DNA from: Candidatus Cloacimonadales bacterium
Lineage (GTDB): Bacteria; Cloacimonadota; Cloacimonadia; Cloacimonadales; JAIOQZ01
Assembly: GCA_963674825.1 (NCBI GenBank)
Contig: OY771587.1
Location: 1,920,001-1,984,000 of the forward strand
Direction: 5' to 3'
Length of the DNA stretch: 64,000 nucleotides
Part shown: positions 1 through 11,600 of the stretch, piece by piece
Position numbering within the stretch: the first letter of the stretch is position 1
Layout of the letters: each line of letters opens with the position of its first letter
Translations under genes and position numbers: made by a program
The notes under the pieces: model-generated
The model's database searches: none
What the model was told of the DNA's origin: nothing
The model's input: the letters and a program-made list of their open reading frames with translations, nothing else

Positions 1-977
1 AAGACGCGACCTTTGGCGTCGCCTTCGCTCATCACCTCGAGGAAGCTCTTGTTAATCATGTCCATTTCGACCTGGAAGTCCGCATAGGTTTCTTTCTGTG
101 GTACACCGCCGACAATCACAGCCTGATCGCGATAAAGCTTGGGCGGATTGAGGTCCATGGTAATATTGGTGAACGGCGTCTGGAATCCGACGCGCGTAGG
201 TACATTAATGTTGAATATAAACTCCTGCATCGCCTGCTTGACTTCGGGGTAGGTCAGATTGTCGTAGCGAATGAACGGAGCAAGAAGGGTGTCGAAGCTT
301 GAGAACGCCTGCGCGCCGGCAGCCTCGCCCTGTAGAGTGTAGAAGAAATTGACGATCTGGCCGAGGACGCTGCGGAAATGCTTGGCCGGGCGGCTTTCAA
401 TTTTACCTGTAGCGCCTTTGAAGCCGGTGACCAGGAGATCCATGAGATCCCAGCCAACGCAATATACAGAGATCTGACCAAGGTCGTGGATGTGTACGTC
501 GCCATCGCTATGAATCTGTTTGATTTGCGGCGGATAGACTTTGTTGAGCCAGTACATCTTGCTGATGTCGGACGCGATGTAGTTGTTGAGTCCTTGCAGC
601 GAATATGCCATGTTGCTGTTTTCGCGCACCTGCCAGTCGAGCTTTTCGAGGTACTGGTCGATGAGATTTACATTAGAGCGCGAAACGATCTCTCGGATCT
701 TGGCGTGCTGATCACGATAGATGATGTAGGCTTTGGCCGTCTTCTTGTACGGTGAGGCGAGCAGAACATCCTCGACGATATCCTGAACCTGCTCGACCGA
801 TGGGATGTCGTTGCGCACGACCTGCATGGTCAGATTCATGACCCGCAGTGTTAGTTTTTTTGCGATTTCGAGATCAAATTCGTTGGTTGCCTGACCGGCT
901 TTCAGGATGGCACTGGTAATCTTTTCGGCGTCAAACGGTTCGACTTGTGCGTTGCGCTTTCTAATTTTTTGAAACAT
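1..977 (-). CDS. nrdD: Anaerobic (class III) ribonucleoside-triphosphate reductase with N-terminal ATP cone; partial, runs off the window start
   Basis: Manual translation from ATG 977: MFQKIRKRNAQVEPFDAEKITSAILKAG (ATP cone), then WQVRENSNMAYSLQGLNNY, HIHDL, YCVGWDL, FYTLQGEAAGAQA, RVGFQTPFTN. Absent from the ORF track because it has no stop in the window. Confidence 0.93.
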   Translation of the reverse strand, partial: MFQKIRKRNAQVEPFDAEKITSAILKAGQATNEFDLEIAKKLTLRVMNLTMQVVRNDIPSVEQVQDIVEDVLLASPYKKTAKAYIIYRDQHAKIREIVSRSNVNLIDQYLEKLDWQVRENSNMAYSLQGLNNYIASDISKMYWLNKVYPPQIKQIHSDGDVHIHDLGQISVYCVGWDLMDLLVTGFKGATGKIESRPAKHFRSVLGQIVNFFYTLQGEAAGAQAFSSFDTLLAPFIRYDNLTYPEVKQAMQEFIFNINVPTRVGFQTPFTNITMDLNPPKLYRDQAVIVGGVPQKETYADFQVEMDMINKSFLEVMSEGDAKGRV

Positions 978-1267
978 GAATCCCCCGCGAAGCAAATCTA
1001 TGTCGTAATTACTTACTATTCTGTTAGATACGGAATCGTACCTGGTTTTCACAAATTTGTTTGATACGAATCTTATCTCTTAAACTGAAAAGAGTTAGGA
1101 AATCTGTCAAGCATGAAAAAATTTGGCGGGAAAATCTCAATGGTGAAATCGGAAGAAGTTCCTTTTCAGATGGTCACTTGTCTGGATAAATTATTTTTCC
1201 AGTCTCAAATTGATGATGAAAATTCTTTGGAAACGGGTTAAAAATTGCCCCGATAAACGAAATTCAT

Positions 1268-2125
1268 TTATGAAGTTGTAATATATTTGATATCAGCGAT
1301 TTCGGGCTTATCTAAAGAAACGATTATAATGCAAAGATCATCAGAATCGGTAGCTGCCTGAAAACTCCAGCTCGAATCGGTCTGCTGTTTCCAGCTTCCG
1401 GTAAGGCGGGTAGATTCGTGGACATGCCCGTGGAACGTGATCCTGGGCTGTTTCTGCTGGATGAATTCCTGGATCGCGATGCTCCCGACGTGGACATCCA
1501 TCGGAACGTAATCGACCATCTGGCCATCGAGCGGAGCGCGATCGAGACAGGTTTTGTAGGGTGGGCTGTGGAAGATCATCACTGCGCGCTCCGGCTGGAA
1601 ATCGTGCGTCAGTTTCTGCAGGTCGTCTTTGATCGTTCCATAACGAACCTCTACTGGATTGACCTCGATCGTTCTGCTGCCTTCTTCCGGAGAAACGCAT
1701 CCCGGATCAACATAGCGCGAGACGTCGTACTTCTCCCAGTCTTTAGACCGGAAAGGGGTAGGTGGGACGAAGCTGTAGCCGTAGATGTCGAACGACTCTC
1801 GAACAATCTTTCGCATGTGTGCGTAGGTCCAGAGACCACGGTTCTCCAGCTCGATGATATCTGGCTCGTTGATACGGGGATCATCGTTTCCGAGGATGAC
1901 GAAGATATCCGGGTAGGAGCTGCCAAGAGTTCTTTTGAGCTGCGTGAGCGCTTCGCCGAGATAATCGAGGGTGAAATTATCTCCCTGATAGGGTGAATGC
2001 CAACCAGGTAAAAGGTCACCCGCGATTAATAGAACATCGGGTGAATCAAGCGCAATCGCGTTGAAAAGCGCTTCATATTTTGCCTGATTGCCATGTAGAT
2101 CGGACACACACCAGATTTTTGTCAT
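1268..2125 (-). CDS. Metallophosphoesterase (calcineurin-like, Icc-related)
   Basis: Motifs SDLHG, AGDL, LGNDD, HSPP, HGHVHE; RBS AGGAG upstream. Confidence 0.88.
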   Translation of the reverse strand: MTKIWCVSDLHGNQAKYEALFNAIALDSPDVLLIAGDLLPGWHSPYQGDNFTLDYLGEALTQLKRTLGSSYPDIFVILGNDDPRINEPDIIELENRGLWTYAHMRKIVRESFDIYGYSFVPPTPFRSKDWEKYDVSRYVDPGCVSPEEGSRTIEVNPVEVRYGTIKDDLQKLTHDFQPERAVMIFHSPPYKTCLDRAPLDGQMVDYVPMDVHVGSIAIQEFIQQKQPRITFHGHVHESTRLTGSWKQQTDSSWSFQAATDSDDLCIIIVSLDKPEIADIKYITTS

Positions 2126-2309
2126 GTAGTCGCTCCTATAATAATTGGGGTCATATATCGTAGTTGAGTGTATGACGTCAATAAATGATTATGGTGTTGA
2201 AATTTGCGCAGTGTTTGTAGAAATCTCTTCATATATCGGAAAGAAAGAATTCGAGTAAAATATAGATAACCTTTTGAAAGATAAAGGATTGGGAAAGATT
2301 AACTCCGAA

Positions 2310-2325
2310 TGGCACGATACTTGTT
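2310..2325 (+). promoter_or_regulatory. Putative sigma54 (-24/-12) promoter
   Basis: TGGCACGATACTTGTT versus consensus TGGCAC-N5-TTGCW; no downstream + strand gene. Confidence 0.6.
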
Positions 2326-2336
2326 AATACATATAA

Positions 2337-2543
2337 CGTCGTGATTTTGATATCACGTTTCGTAGCAAAATTTTGGTCTGGGCAAGACCTAATTAGAGGG
2401 GCAGCGGAAACTCTTCACCCCGGTTCCTACCTGCCCCTCTCGACTATATATAAAACGATTCCGGTCAGGCGTGAGACACCTTCCAGGGTGTAGTCATCGT
2501 TATTCCACTCTCCCCCAGATAGGATGCTTGACCGGTTCTTTTT
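2337..2543 (+). ncRNA. Candidate structured small RNA
   Basis: Four stems (2340-2357, 2375-2389, 2395-2440, 2461-2535) followed by a U-tract; starts about 12 nt after the sigma54 motif; no convincing ORF. Confidence 0.5.
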
Positions 2544-4571
2544 CTATTCTGATTGATCCCCACGATTCAATATCTTATCGCGGTACTCCTGATAAGCAGG
2601 ATAATCGATATCAGGATCTACACGCTCGAAGAGCTTCTTTGCGCGATTACGCTTGCCATCCTCATACAGCTTGATCCCGATATCCACCAGTGATTTCTGG
2701 AAGAAAGCGCTATCGTCTCCATCTTCGATTTCCATCATGGTGCGAAATGCATTTTCGGGATGGTTCATCGAAATATGTGTTCGAGCCAGGTTGGCTGCCG
2801 CGTCAGCGAATCCAGGCGATAATTCAAGCTGCCGTTTATAAAGCCCAAGCGCTTGCTGAAGTCTGCCGGTTCTTCCAGCGGCGGCAGCGTAGTTGTTGAT
2901 GAGACTGATATTGGTTGAGATGGCACGATAGGCCTGCTGGTAGTCATCGTAAGCCTTGCGGAAGTCACCTTTGAGAAAATACTGCCCAGCACGATAAGAC
3001 AGCGCTGCCATACAATCGGGCGTTACATTGTATAGCAATAGATTGATGGCGGTTACTTCGTTGATTATTTCATTTTGTTGTTTTCCGACAAGCCCACCGG
3101 CTCGAGCTCGGGTTATCTTACCATCCCGCATATCCTGCTTGATTTCTTCGATGCGGTCAACCCCCATCATTGCTCGTTTCAGGTGGATATTCCCGTTGAG
3201 CCGTGTGAAGAATACAATGAATGAAATCAATAGTGCCAGAATCATGATCCAGATAACGAATCCAGGAAGCGATCGGGGCGATTTCTTTGTCTTGGGTTTG
3301 GGAAGTCCGGCATACAGCGCTGATATCGAAGCAAGATAAAAGATAAACATGCTGCTGTGAAATACCCGTTCACGCGGAAAGCTGAAGAAGGACACGGACA
3401 TGAATCCTGCGACGCCAAGGCCTATCAGTAGCGCTTGGGAAGATGGTTCGCCATCTTTATCACTCAGCATGATACGGAATACATAAAGCCAAAAGAATAC
3501 GAAGATCGAAAGGAAGGCAAGTGCTCCAGGAATACCGTATTCGGAAGCGATCCAGAGATAATCGTTATGTGGCCGGATATAATAAACAAATCCCTTTTCC
3601 TGCATGATCGGTTCGGGCCTGTAGGTATGCTGAAACAAGCGCCAGTTGCCACCACCAAAGCCGGTCAATGGCCGGTCGGCGATCATATCCAGGCTTCTGC
3701 GCCAGGCGCGGAGACGCACCTGCACGCTGCTTCCACCGATGATCTTTTTGCCTGCGAAGTCGTCGCCGAGGTACTGTTGATACAGCTCGAACGTAATGAA
3801 GCCAGCCGCCAGAAACAGTACGGCGATGATGACCAGGCGGATGATCCGCTTTCGCGGGAACAATTCCCGCATGAGCGGTTTCTTGCGGTTGAACAAGCCT
3901 GCGGTTACACTGAAGATAATTGCCAGCCCCATCGCGACCCACACCGAACGCGTACGGAGTGCGGTCATCATGAAGAACGATATGCTCAGCGCTTTCAGCC
4001 CAAGGAAATGCCAGAATCCTTTTTCCCGAAAGAAGGTGGAGAGGTTCAGCGGTAACAGCAGGAATAGAGCGGAAGCGAGCAGGTTGCGATTGGTGAAGAG
4101 CGCGTGGATGTCCTCGATACCGGGGATGATGAAAAACGTCTGGAAGAAGAACTGAATAAGCCCGATCGCGCATAAAAAAAGCGTTACGATCGTAGCAAAT
4201 CTTCTTGCTGGGATTAATGGCGATTGCTGTTGGCGGAATCCGGTATAAAGCAGGAGGAATAACCCCAAATTCATGATATCGCGACAGACCCAATAAAACC
4301 ACTCGGCACGATTATAGGCCATGATGCCCGATAACAGAGAGAAGATTACCATTGCGAAAAGTGACAGCAAGATGCCGTTCCGCATCTCCGATAGCGGTAT
4401 ATTCTGCTTGCTTTTCAACATCATTGCGAGGTATGCCAGGATGATTCCACCCGATAAAACAACCAGTCTCAACGGTGTTACCGAATCGACGGCGACCGGA
4501 TAGAAGATGAATGGGATAACGCAGAATAGTATGGTCAGGATAATGTATTGAGATACCGGAAACTGTTTCAT
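2544..4571 (-). CDS. O-antigen ligase / O-oligosaccharyltransferase family membrane protein with C-terminal TPRs
   Basis: About 12 TM segments, FTNRN, RxxxW..PLTGFGGGN, RPHNDYL motifs and a TPR tail; start moved to ATG 4571. Confidence 0.85.
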   Translation of the reverse strand: MKQFPVSQYIILTILFCVIPFIFYPVAVDSVTPLRLVVLSGGIILAYLAMMLKSKQNIPLSEMRNGILLSLFAMVIFSLLSGIMAYNRAEWFYWVCRDIMNLGLFLLLYTGFRQQQSPLIPARRFATIVTLFLCAIGLIQFFFQTFFIIPGIEDIHALFTNRNLLASALFLLLPLNLSTFFREKGFWHFLGLKALSISFFMMTALRTRSVWVAMGLAIIFSVTAGLFNRKKPLMRELFPRKRIIRLVIIAVLFLAAGFITFELYQQYLGDDFAGKKIIGGSSVQVRLRAWRRSLDMIADRPLTGFGGGNWRLFQHTYRPEPIMQEKGFVYYIRPHNDYLWIASEYGIPGALAFLSIFVFFWLYVFRIMLSDKDGEPSSQALLIGLGVAGFMSVSFFSFPRERVFHSSMFIFYLASISALYAGLPKPKTKKSPRSLPGFVIWIMILALLISFIVFFTRLNGNIHLKRAMMGVDRIEEIKQDMRDGKITRARAGGLVGKQQNEIINEVTAINLLLYNVTPDCMAALSYRAGQYFLKGDFRKAYDDYQQAYRAISTNISLINNYAAAAGRTGRLQQALGLYKRQLELSPGFADAAANLARTHISMNHPENAFRTMMEIEDGDDSAFFQKSLVDIGIKLYEDGKRNRAKKLFERVDPDIDYPAYQEYRDKILNRGDQSE

Positions 4572-4713
4572 GAGGCCATCCTTTTCTATGGTACGACGAA
4601 TACAGTATTTCAAACGGAGCCTGTCAATAAAAACGATATCAACCTGTTAATCTTCTTCGAGAAATGGATAATGAAGTGCGATTCATTCAGAAAAATCAGG
4701 ATCGATTGCCATC

Positions 4714-4746
4714 AAAAAAAAGAAAACCGCCCCGATGTGGGGCGGT
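4714..4746 (-). terminator. Rho-independent terminator after the C25 protease genes
   Basis: Stem ACCGCCCC/GGGGCGGT followed by a U-tract on the minus strand. Confidence 0.8.
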
Positions 4747-4848
4747 CACTTATGAAACGGTTCGGGTATATATGATCCCGAGTATCATATTAGCACTGAA
4801 AGAACGAGTAACCAGCTCATGCTTTCAGGCATACCAGCTCATATGACA

Positions 4849-7800
4849 CTACTTGAGAAGGATCATCTTTTTGGTAGCGGTATAGCGTCCGGCCTTCATT
4901 TTGTAGAAGTAAATACCGGAGCCAACCTTCTTGCTGTGATCATCTTCACCAGCCCATACCAGATTATACTCGCCTCTGTCAAGTCTTTCATTAACGAGGG
5001 TTTTCACTTTCTGTCCCTTGACATTATAGATGTCGATCTGGACGTCAGCATCCTCTGCGATCGAGAAGGCGATATTGGTTTCCGGGTTGAACGGATTGGG
5101 GAAGTTGCCACCGAGTTGGGTTACCAGTTCGGGAGCGTTGGGATCATTACCGTTACCTTGACCGGTAGCGGCAATGGTGATCACGGTTTCATTGAGATAC
5201 GGATCGTTGGATGTAATTACGATCTCGCCATTATAGCTGCCTTCAACTTCAGGAGCGAAGACGAGCGTAAAGGTCTGATAACCCTGCTCGTTAACGGAGA
5301 ACGTGTAGTTCTCGCGAGTAGTGGTCATCTTCGAACCCTTGTTGTTGCGAATCAGCTGTGTACCGCCAATCGTGAAGCCGTCGTAGGTTTCGATGTTACC
5401 GTTGAGCGTGGTATTACCGTAGTTGAAGATCGTGAATTCGAGCGTTGCCGATTCGTTGACCATCACGGTACCGAAATCGAGTTCGGCATCGGAAAGCGAG
5501 ATAATCGGGGTCGGATCAGCCGGTGCGGCCGGGAACTGGATGTAATCAATCCAGGCCTTGTCGTATCCGCTGCTCTGCGAGCTATCCTTGTCGTAGGTCC
5601 AGGAGAGGAGGTGGTAGCCGGTCGTGATGGGATAGCTTACCATTGCCCAGTTCTGGATACCGGACCAGGAGTCGATTGGTTCGCCATCGATTTTGAAGAT
5701 AAGGAAGTCGTAGCCAACTTCGCTGGAGACTTTACGGAAGAACGAGATATCGCCGTCTGCAGCGATATCGACGTTTATCGACGCTGTTGTGTACTGGCTA
5801 TGGGAGATCGCGCCAGAAGCGAGGCAATAGTTGCCTTCATAAGCGTCGGCCTGATTCAGTACCCATTGTTCTCCACCGGAGAATAACCAATCGAACTGCT
5901 CGAGGCCGTTTTCGAAGTCTTCATTCACGATGGATACAGTTGCGGGGTATGTCATCTGGACACAGTACATATCGCTGGTATAGCCAAATCCAAGCATGAT
6001 CGAAGTGTCTTCCGGAAGATCTTCAGACAGTGTAACGACGAAAGTCGGCTGGATGTCGTCTTCAGGATCGATCGGATCGGTTTCAACTGTACCTTCACTG
6101 ATGGTGATATAAGGGTTGTTGCAAACGAGCGTAGCGATTCCTTCCGGAGCTATCGCGTGACCGTTGTTGTAAACGGTGAATTTAAGCGCTGCGGTTTCGC
6201 CCGGGTCGAGCATGCCGTTACTGTTACCAGACGGATCGAACACATCCATTTCGCCAAGTGCGAATGACGGTGCGTTGACCGTGATGGTTTTCTCGGCCTC
6301 GAATGTCTGCTCTTCGTTGCCGGAATTGGTGCAAGTAACGGTCACAGCGAAATTGAGTTCGTACTGATCCGGGATATTACCTGCGATCTGGATGGCAAAC
6401 GCGTCATCGAGCACAACTTCACCTTCGCTGTCGATCGAAGCGACGGTTTCTGTGTCATCGGAAACGGTGACATACTGATCGTCGATCGCGATGGTTACGC
6501 TGACATCGGTAGCGTCGTCTGAACCGACATTATTCAGCGTCATGCCAAGCAGCATGCTGTCGCCGTAATCCGGTTCGTTATTGTCGCCATCATTGTATGA
6601 GAAATCGCTCATGACGATATAGGAACCTTCGTTCGGAAGAAGCGAGATCGTCTCGATATAGGTTACCTTGTTATAGCCGGTAACGGTGAGTGTCAGGTCA
6701 GTCGGTTCCTGGGGAACGTTTTCAAGGTTGAGCATAACGTTTCCGTTGGCATCGGTATAGCCAGCGCCAAGGGTTTCGCCTGCGTTTGAAAGACAGACCA
6801 TCGCGTTCGGGATGTCTGTATCAACTTCGAATTGCGATACGCCGATAAGCAGTTCGCCTGGATGGGAAATGACGAATTCTTCCGGAGTGTCGGTGCGCAC
6901 CTGCAGCGACGCGTCGCCGAAGATGTGCCAGGTCATGAACATTTTCACGCCGTCACTGCCATAGTTGTCTAACATGGAGCAAGAACCGTTGTAATAGAGA
7001 CCACCGGTGAGATTTTTCTCTTCGTTGGTCAGAAGGATCACATATTCATCCTGTGATTCCATGGGCGGAGCCCATGATTGATTCACAGACGATGCGTACA
7101 TCGCGATAGCGCCTGTGGGAGCGCCGTTAGAGTTGTTCATGGCACGAAGCCAGGCTTCTGCGAAGCAAGTAGTGTTGGTGAAGTTACCGTTCACGCATGC
7201 AACAGAAGAGATGAACGGAAGCATGTAATCGTTGGTCAGCGCGTTGACATGGCTGTTTGAGAAGCCAGTCGAGACCCAGGAAGTATTTGAGCCATGGCCA
7301 CAGTACATGACTTCGCCGCGTCCTTCGTTGAGCGCGTTGCTGACCATCGAGGAGTTTCCGCCGTTGTTGTCGTAAATTTGGTCGATTTCAGTGTAAGTGT
7401 AATTAAGGAACTGGTTGCGAAAGTTGCCGATGTGTACGTAGTCGGCTTCGCCTTCATCGCCCTGGCCTGAGCCCTGGCTGGAAGCGATACCGGTACCCTT
7501 ATGGAGCCATTCGCCATCTACGATATCACGTTCGTAATAAATTGTGCGTTCAACCTGGGTTTCCACCTGGATTTCAGTCTCTGCCGAGAAACGGCCGACA
7601 AAGATATCCGGGTAGTTGTCATTACCTTCGAGAAGGCTGTAGGAAGGATCGGAGCCACCTGATTCATAGGAGCTGATCGAGTAGATGAAGGTAGGAATCT
7701 GGGCGGCGTCGCCAACAAGCTGTACAAAAGTCAGGTCGCCTGCATCATATACGTCCTGGATGTAGTCAAGCACGTCGTCTTCGTCTGTGCCAACTTCGCT

Positions 7801-8595
7801 CATCGCAACTACATTAACGTTGAATCCTTTCTGGATCTTCCAGTCAACGTAAGGCTGGATTTCTTCAAGGAAGTCGTCGTAGCAGATCACAAGGATGTTT
7901 CCCTGTTCTTCCACTGCATCATAACGCGGCTCGGTGAAGTTAATGAACTGGCCGGCGTAAATGTTGGTGAAGTAGGGGTTCATGCCTGCATGGGTGCGGA
8001 TCTTGACGTTGCGGTCGTCCGTACCGATGCGATTGATCTGGATGGTCATGCTGTGGTAAACACGGAGCGTCTGGGTCACGGGATTGTAGGCAAACGGATA
8101 GGCATTGACTACGGTACCGCGAATGTCGCGCATGATATACGGTTCACCGAGTGAAACCAGCGACTTGGGATAGAATGCATCCTGCTGATATACCGTTGAA
8201 AATGTGTAGGGGACGGTATTCGGGTCAATCGCACGAGAGATGAATCCGCGAGAAGGAGCGACAGCCATCTGGTAGTCGGTATATTCGCTGTTTACGACAG
8301 TTGCTTCCATACGCGCGTCATCGCCGATAACGATGCTGCGAGTAATTTTCGGAAGCTCTGGTTCGCCGGCTGTGTAGGTGTGGCTCTCAGTTTCGAGGCC
8401 CAGCCGATACATTGTCTGACCGTCGATTTCGACAGCCTGGCGATCAAACGAGCCGAAGCTGTATTCAATCACCACTTGCTGCTCGTTCGATGAAACGACA
8501 TTAACATCAAACGAACGATGGTCGATCTTGATGTTTTCTGCTGCAAGACCAAGCGCGAGCAGCAGCACCAAAACCAATGACATACCTTTCTTCAT
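4849..8595 (-). CDS. Secreted C25 cysteine protease, Arg-gingipain-like, with propeptide, Ig-like domains and FlgD-type CTD
   Basis: Signal peptide; YCGHGS and SVACVNG (RgpB-like His/Cys), GDEGEAD S1 region, QSWAPPM, WHIFGDASL; C-terminal NFPNPFNP...KKMILLK. Confidence 0.92.
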   Translation of the reverse strand: MKKGMSLVLVLLLALGLAAENIKIDHRSFDVNVVSSNEQQVVIEYSFGSFDRQAVEIDGQTMYRLGLETESHTYTAGEPELPKITRSIVIGDDARMEATVVNSEYTDYQMAVAPSRGFISRAIDPNTVPYTFSTVYQQDAFYPKSLVSLGEPYIMRDIRGTVVNAYPFAYNPVTQTLRVYHSMTIQINRIGTDDRNVKIRTHAGMNPYFTNIYAGQFINFTEPRYDAVEEQGNILVICYDDFLEEIQPYVDWKIQKGFNVNVVAMSEVGTDEDDVLDYIQDVYDAGDLTFVQLVGDAAQIPTFIYSISSYESGGSDPSYSLLEGNDNYPDIFVGRFSAETEIQVETQVERTIYYERDIVDGEWLHKGTGIASSQGSGQGDEGEADYVHIGNFRNQFLNYTYTEIDQIYDNNGGNSSMVSNALNEGRGEVMYCGHGSNTSWVSTGFSNSHVNALTNDYMLPFISSVACVNGNFTNTTCFAEAWLRAMNNSNGAPTGAIAMYASSVNQSWAPPMESQDEYVILLTNEEKNLTGGLYYNGSCSMLDNYGSDGVKMFMTWHIFGDASLQVRTDTPEEFVISHPGELLIGVSQFEVDTDIPNAMVCLSNAGETLGAGYTDANGNVMLNLENVPQEPTDLTLTVTGYNKVTYIETISLLPNEGSYIVMSDFSYNDGDNNEPDYGDSMLLGMTLNNVGSDDATDVSVTIAIDDQYVTVSDDTETVASIDSEGEVVLDDAFAIQIAGNIPDQYELNFAVTVTCTNSGNEEQTFEAEKTITVNAPSFALGEMDVFDPSGNSNGMLDPGETAALKFTVYNNGHAIAPEGIATLVCNNPYITISEGTVETDPIDPEDDIQPTFVVTLSEDLPEDTSIMLGFGYTSDMYCVQMTYPATVSIVNEDFENGLEQFDWLFSGGEQWVLNQADAYEGNYCLASGAISHSQYTTASINVDIAADGDISFFRKVSSEVGYDFLIFKIDGEPIDSWSGIQNWAMVSYPITTGYHLLSWTYDKDSSQSSGYDKAWIDYIQFPAAPADPTPIISLSDAELDFGTVMVNESATLEFTIFNYGNTTLNGNIETYDGFTIGGTQLIRNNKGSKMTTTRENYTFSVNEQGYQTFTLVFAPEVEGSYNGEIVITSNDPYLNETVITIAATGQGNGNDPNAPELVTQLGGNFPNPFNPETNIAFSIAEDADVQIDIYNVKGQKVKTLVNERLDRGEYNLVWAGEDDHSKKVGSGIYFYKMKAGRYTATKKMILLK

Positions 8596-8610
8596 AGTAC
8601 CTCCAAAGGT

Positions 8611-8647
8611 AGGTGCCCGTCCCGAAGGACGAGCACTTGTTTTTTTA
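8611..8647. terminator. Intergenic hairpin between the protease genes (cUUCGg tetraloop on minus strand, U-tract on plus strand)
   Basis: GTGCCCGTCC-CGAA-GGACGAGCAC followed by a T run on the plus strand. Confidence 0.55.
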
Positions 8648-8656
8648 TGTTCAGTT

Positions 8657-11600
8657 CTATTTTATCAACAGCATTTTCTTCACAGATACGTAGCTTCCGG
8701 TCTTCATCTTGTAGAAGTACACACCGCTACCTACCTGGCGATTCTGGCCATCCTTGCCTTCCCAGACGATCGAGTGCGGACCAGCCTGCATCTCTTCGGA
8801 GACGAGTGTCTTTACTTTCTGTCCGAGGATGTTGAAGACCTCGATCTGAACATCGCTCTTCTCAGCAAGGCTGAAGGAGATGGTGGTTGTAGGATTGAAC
8901 GGGTTGGGATAGTTTCCCTTGAGTTCGTTCACGAATGCAGGAATATCGTTACCGTTTGTTCCCTGAGCGTCAGCGGTTGCGCTGATATCGATTGAAGCAT
9001 TCAGGGCATACGGGTCGTTGCTGGTCAGAAGGATCTGTCCACTATAGTCGCCTTCTTCGGTGGGCATATACTTCAGGGTGAAGGTATAGCTTCCGGCAGC
9101 GGGGACTATATAGTCATAGGTTTCACGAGAAGTTCTTGAGCCTCTGGCTGAACGTGTCTGACGCTCTGCGCCGAGAACGGTGAATCCGTCGTATGTGGTG
9201 ATAGTGCCTTCCATGTCGGTGTTACCGTAATTATACAGTATTACATCGTACATCAGGCTGTCGCCGACGATAACTTCGCCGAAATCGATTTCTTCATCGC
9301 TAGCCATGAAGATCGGAACCGGAGCTGAAGGAATCGACGGGAAGATAATGTAGTCGATCCAGGCACAGTCGCTGCCGTTGCTGACCGAGTTATCTTTGTC
9401 GTAGGTCCATGCGAAAGTATGGAAACCGGGCTCGACGGGGAAGGACGCCTGCGTCCAGTTGATTGTACCTGACCACTGTTCCTGCATTTCATTGTCGATG
9501 TAGAATTGCAGGAAGTCGTAGTTAGCTTCACTGGATACACGGTAAGAGAAAGCGATCTCTCCACCAGAGACAACGGTGACAGCGATCTGGGCAGTGGTTG
9601 ACTGGTTGTCGGAGATATCGCCCGATACGAGGCTATAGGTGCCTTCGTAAACGCTATTGGTGGTGAGCTCCCAGTCCGCGTTTCCTTCCATACCCCAACC
9701 ATAGAGGTCCAGGCCGTTTTCGAAGTCTTCGGTCATTTCGGAGACGGTCACGCCGTAGGTGATCTGGAATTCGTATTCACCGGCGAATATGCCGAAGCCG
9801 AGGTTGATGTCGGTTCCTTCAGGAACGTCTTCGGAGAGCGAAACGATGAATGTCGCGTCTTCGGTGTCTTCAGCGTCGATTTCACCAAGTTCGTCGGAGT
9901 TTTCGTCGATGGTGATGTATGGGTTGGTGCAGATCAGCATCGCGACAACTTCTGGAGAGTCTGCGTGGCCATAGTTGGTGACGGGGAAGCTGATCGCGGT
10001 GGTTTCACCTGGGTCGAGCTGTCCGTTATTGTTACCGGACGCGTCAAATACCGACATTTCGCCGATGGAGAATGCAGGCGCGTTCACGGTGATGTCTTTG
10101 TTGATTTCCCAGGTCTGCTCGGAGCCGTTAACGGTTCCGAAGATCGAGATCGAAAATTCGATGATGTGCTGATCGGGTGCGTTGCCGGCAACTTCAATTG
10201 TGAATGCGTCTTCGAGCGTGATGGCTTCGTTTGAATCGATGCTGTCGAAGAGCTCTTCGCCGTCGGTAATCGTGACATAAGCGTCTTCGCTGGTGAGGGT
10301 CACAGTAAGGTCGGTTGCTTCGTCGGTGCCAACGTTTGTCACCGGCAATCCGAGTGTGGCGGTTTCCGCAAATTGCGGCAGGCCGTCGTTTCCATCGGTG
10401 TAGATGAGGTCATCTGCTACCAGATACGCGCCGTCACTGGGAACGATCTGAACAGTGGTGATAATCGGCTGGCGATTCTGAGCGGTGATAACAAGGTTTG
10501 CATCGCCAGGAACGGTGAAAGGTTCGAGATCGAGTGTAAGCGAGCCGCTGTCGCCAACAAGGCCCATGCCGTAAGTCTCGCCATTCATGGTGAGGCTTAC
10601 TAATGAATACGGGTCGGCTGTGACTTCGTATTCAGTCATGCCGATGAGGATCTGAGCTGCGAAATCGGCTTCGTTTTCAATCGGAACACCCATGTACGGG
10701 GTGAGTGACGGTTCGCCCATCAGCGAGTAGATTTCCCAGTAATAACTGGAGCTTCCACCGCCTTCGACAACTGCGAGGTTACCGCACATGATCATGGCAC
10801 CAGCAGTGACAAACCAGTCTTCTTCGGTTTCGCCGTTATCGTGGAACAGTCCGTCATAAGTACCCCGACCGGTAGATTCGTAAGTCGGGTTGCTTACAAT
10901 GCTACCAGCTCCAACACCCCACCAGTAGTCTTCGTCCCAGTAGGTACTGTTGGTGCCGCCAATGTAGCCGACAGCGCCCTTGTCTTCAGCGCGAAGCCAG
11001 GCTTCGCCGAAGCACGTGGTTACTTCAAATTTGTTGGTAAGACAGCAGTTACCTACAACCATCGGGTACTTGTCTTCATTGTCCAGACCATTGATGTCCG
11101 AGATGGTGAAGGACGGATCGGCCCAGGATGTCGAGCTTCCGTGCGCTGTGTAGTTTACGTATCCGACGCCATTGCTGACGTTGGCGATAATGTTGTTGGA
11201 GTTGCTACCCGAATTCGGATAGAGATAAGTGTGAGATTCGATATCGTGATCTTCGTTGAAGTAGTATGTTGTGCCATAGTTGATCTGGCCATTACCCCAG
11301 GTGGATCCGTGAGAGGAGTCCATACCGGCGATCATGACAACTTCGCCCAGATAGCTGGGATCGGGCATTTCATACTTTTCGAACATGAGGGTCTTATCGA
11401 TCTGCGGCTGAAGTTCGGATGTGCTGTTGGCAGAGAAACGGCCATAGTACATCTCGGGGAAGAAGTCGGTGCCATCAAGCTTGACATAGTTGAGGTCAGT
11501 CACGTGGCTTCCGGTGGAACCATTGTAAGCCGGGATCTGCGGAGTATCGCCCACGAAAAGGACAAACGACGGAGCCGGGTCTGTCGGTGTACCTTCATCG

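Noticed and set aside
990..1080. NrdR boxes upstream of nrdD
   Set aside because: Only weak imperfect palindromes; no convincing consensus match by eye
2385..2445. Cobalamin riboswitch-like words on the minus strand (GGAA..GGTGAA..CTGCCCC)
   Set aside because: Lacks GCnACUGUA and the B12 box; explained by a simple hairpin
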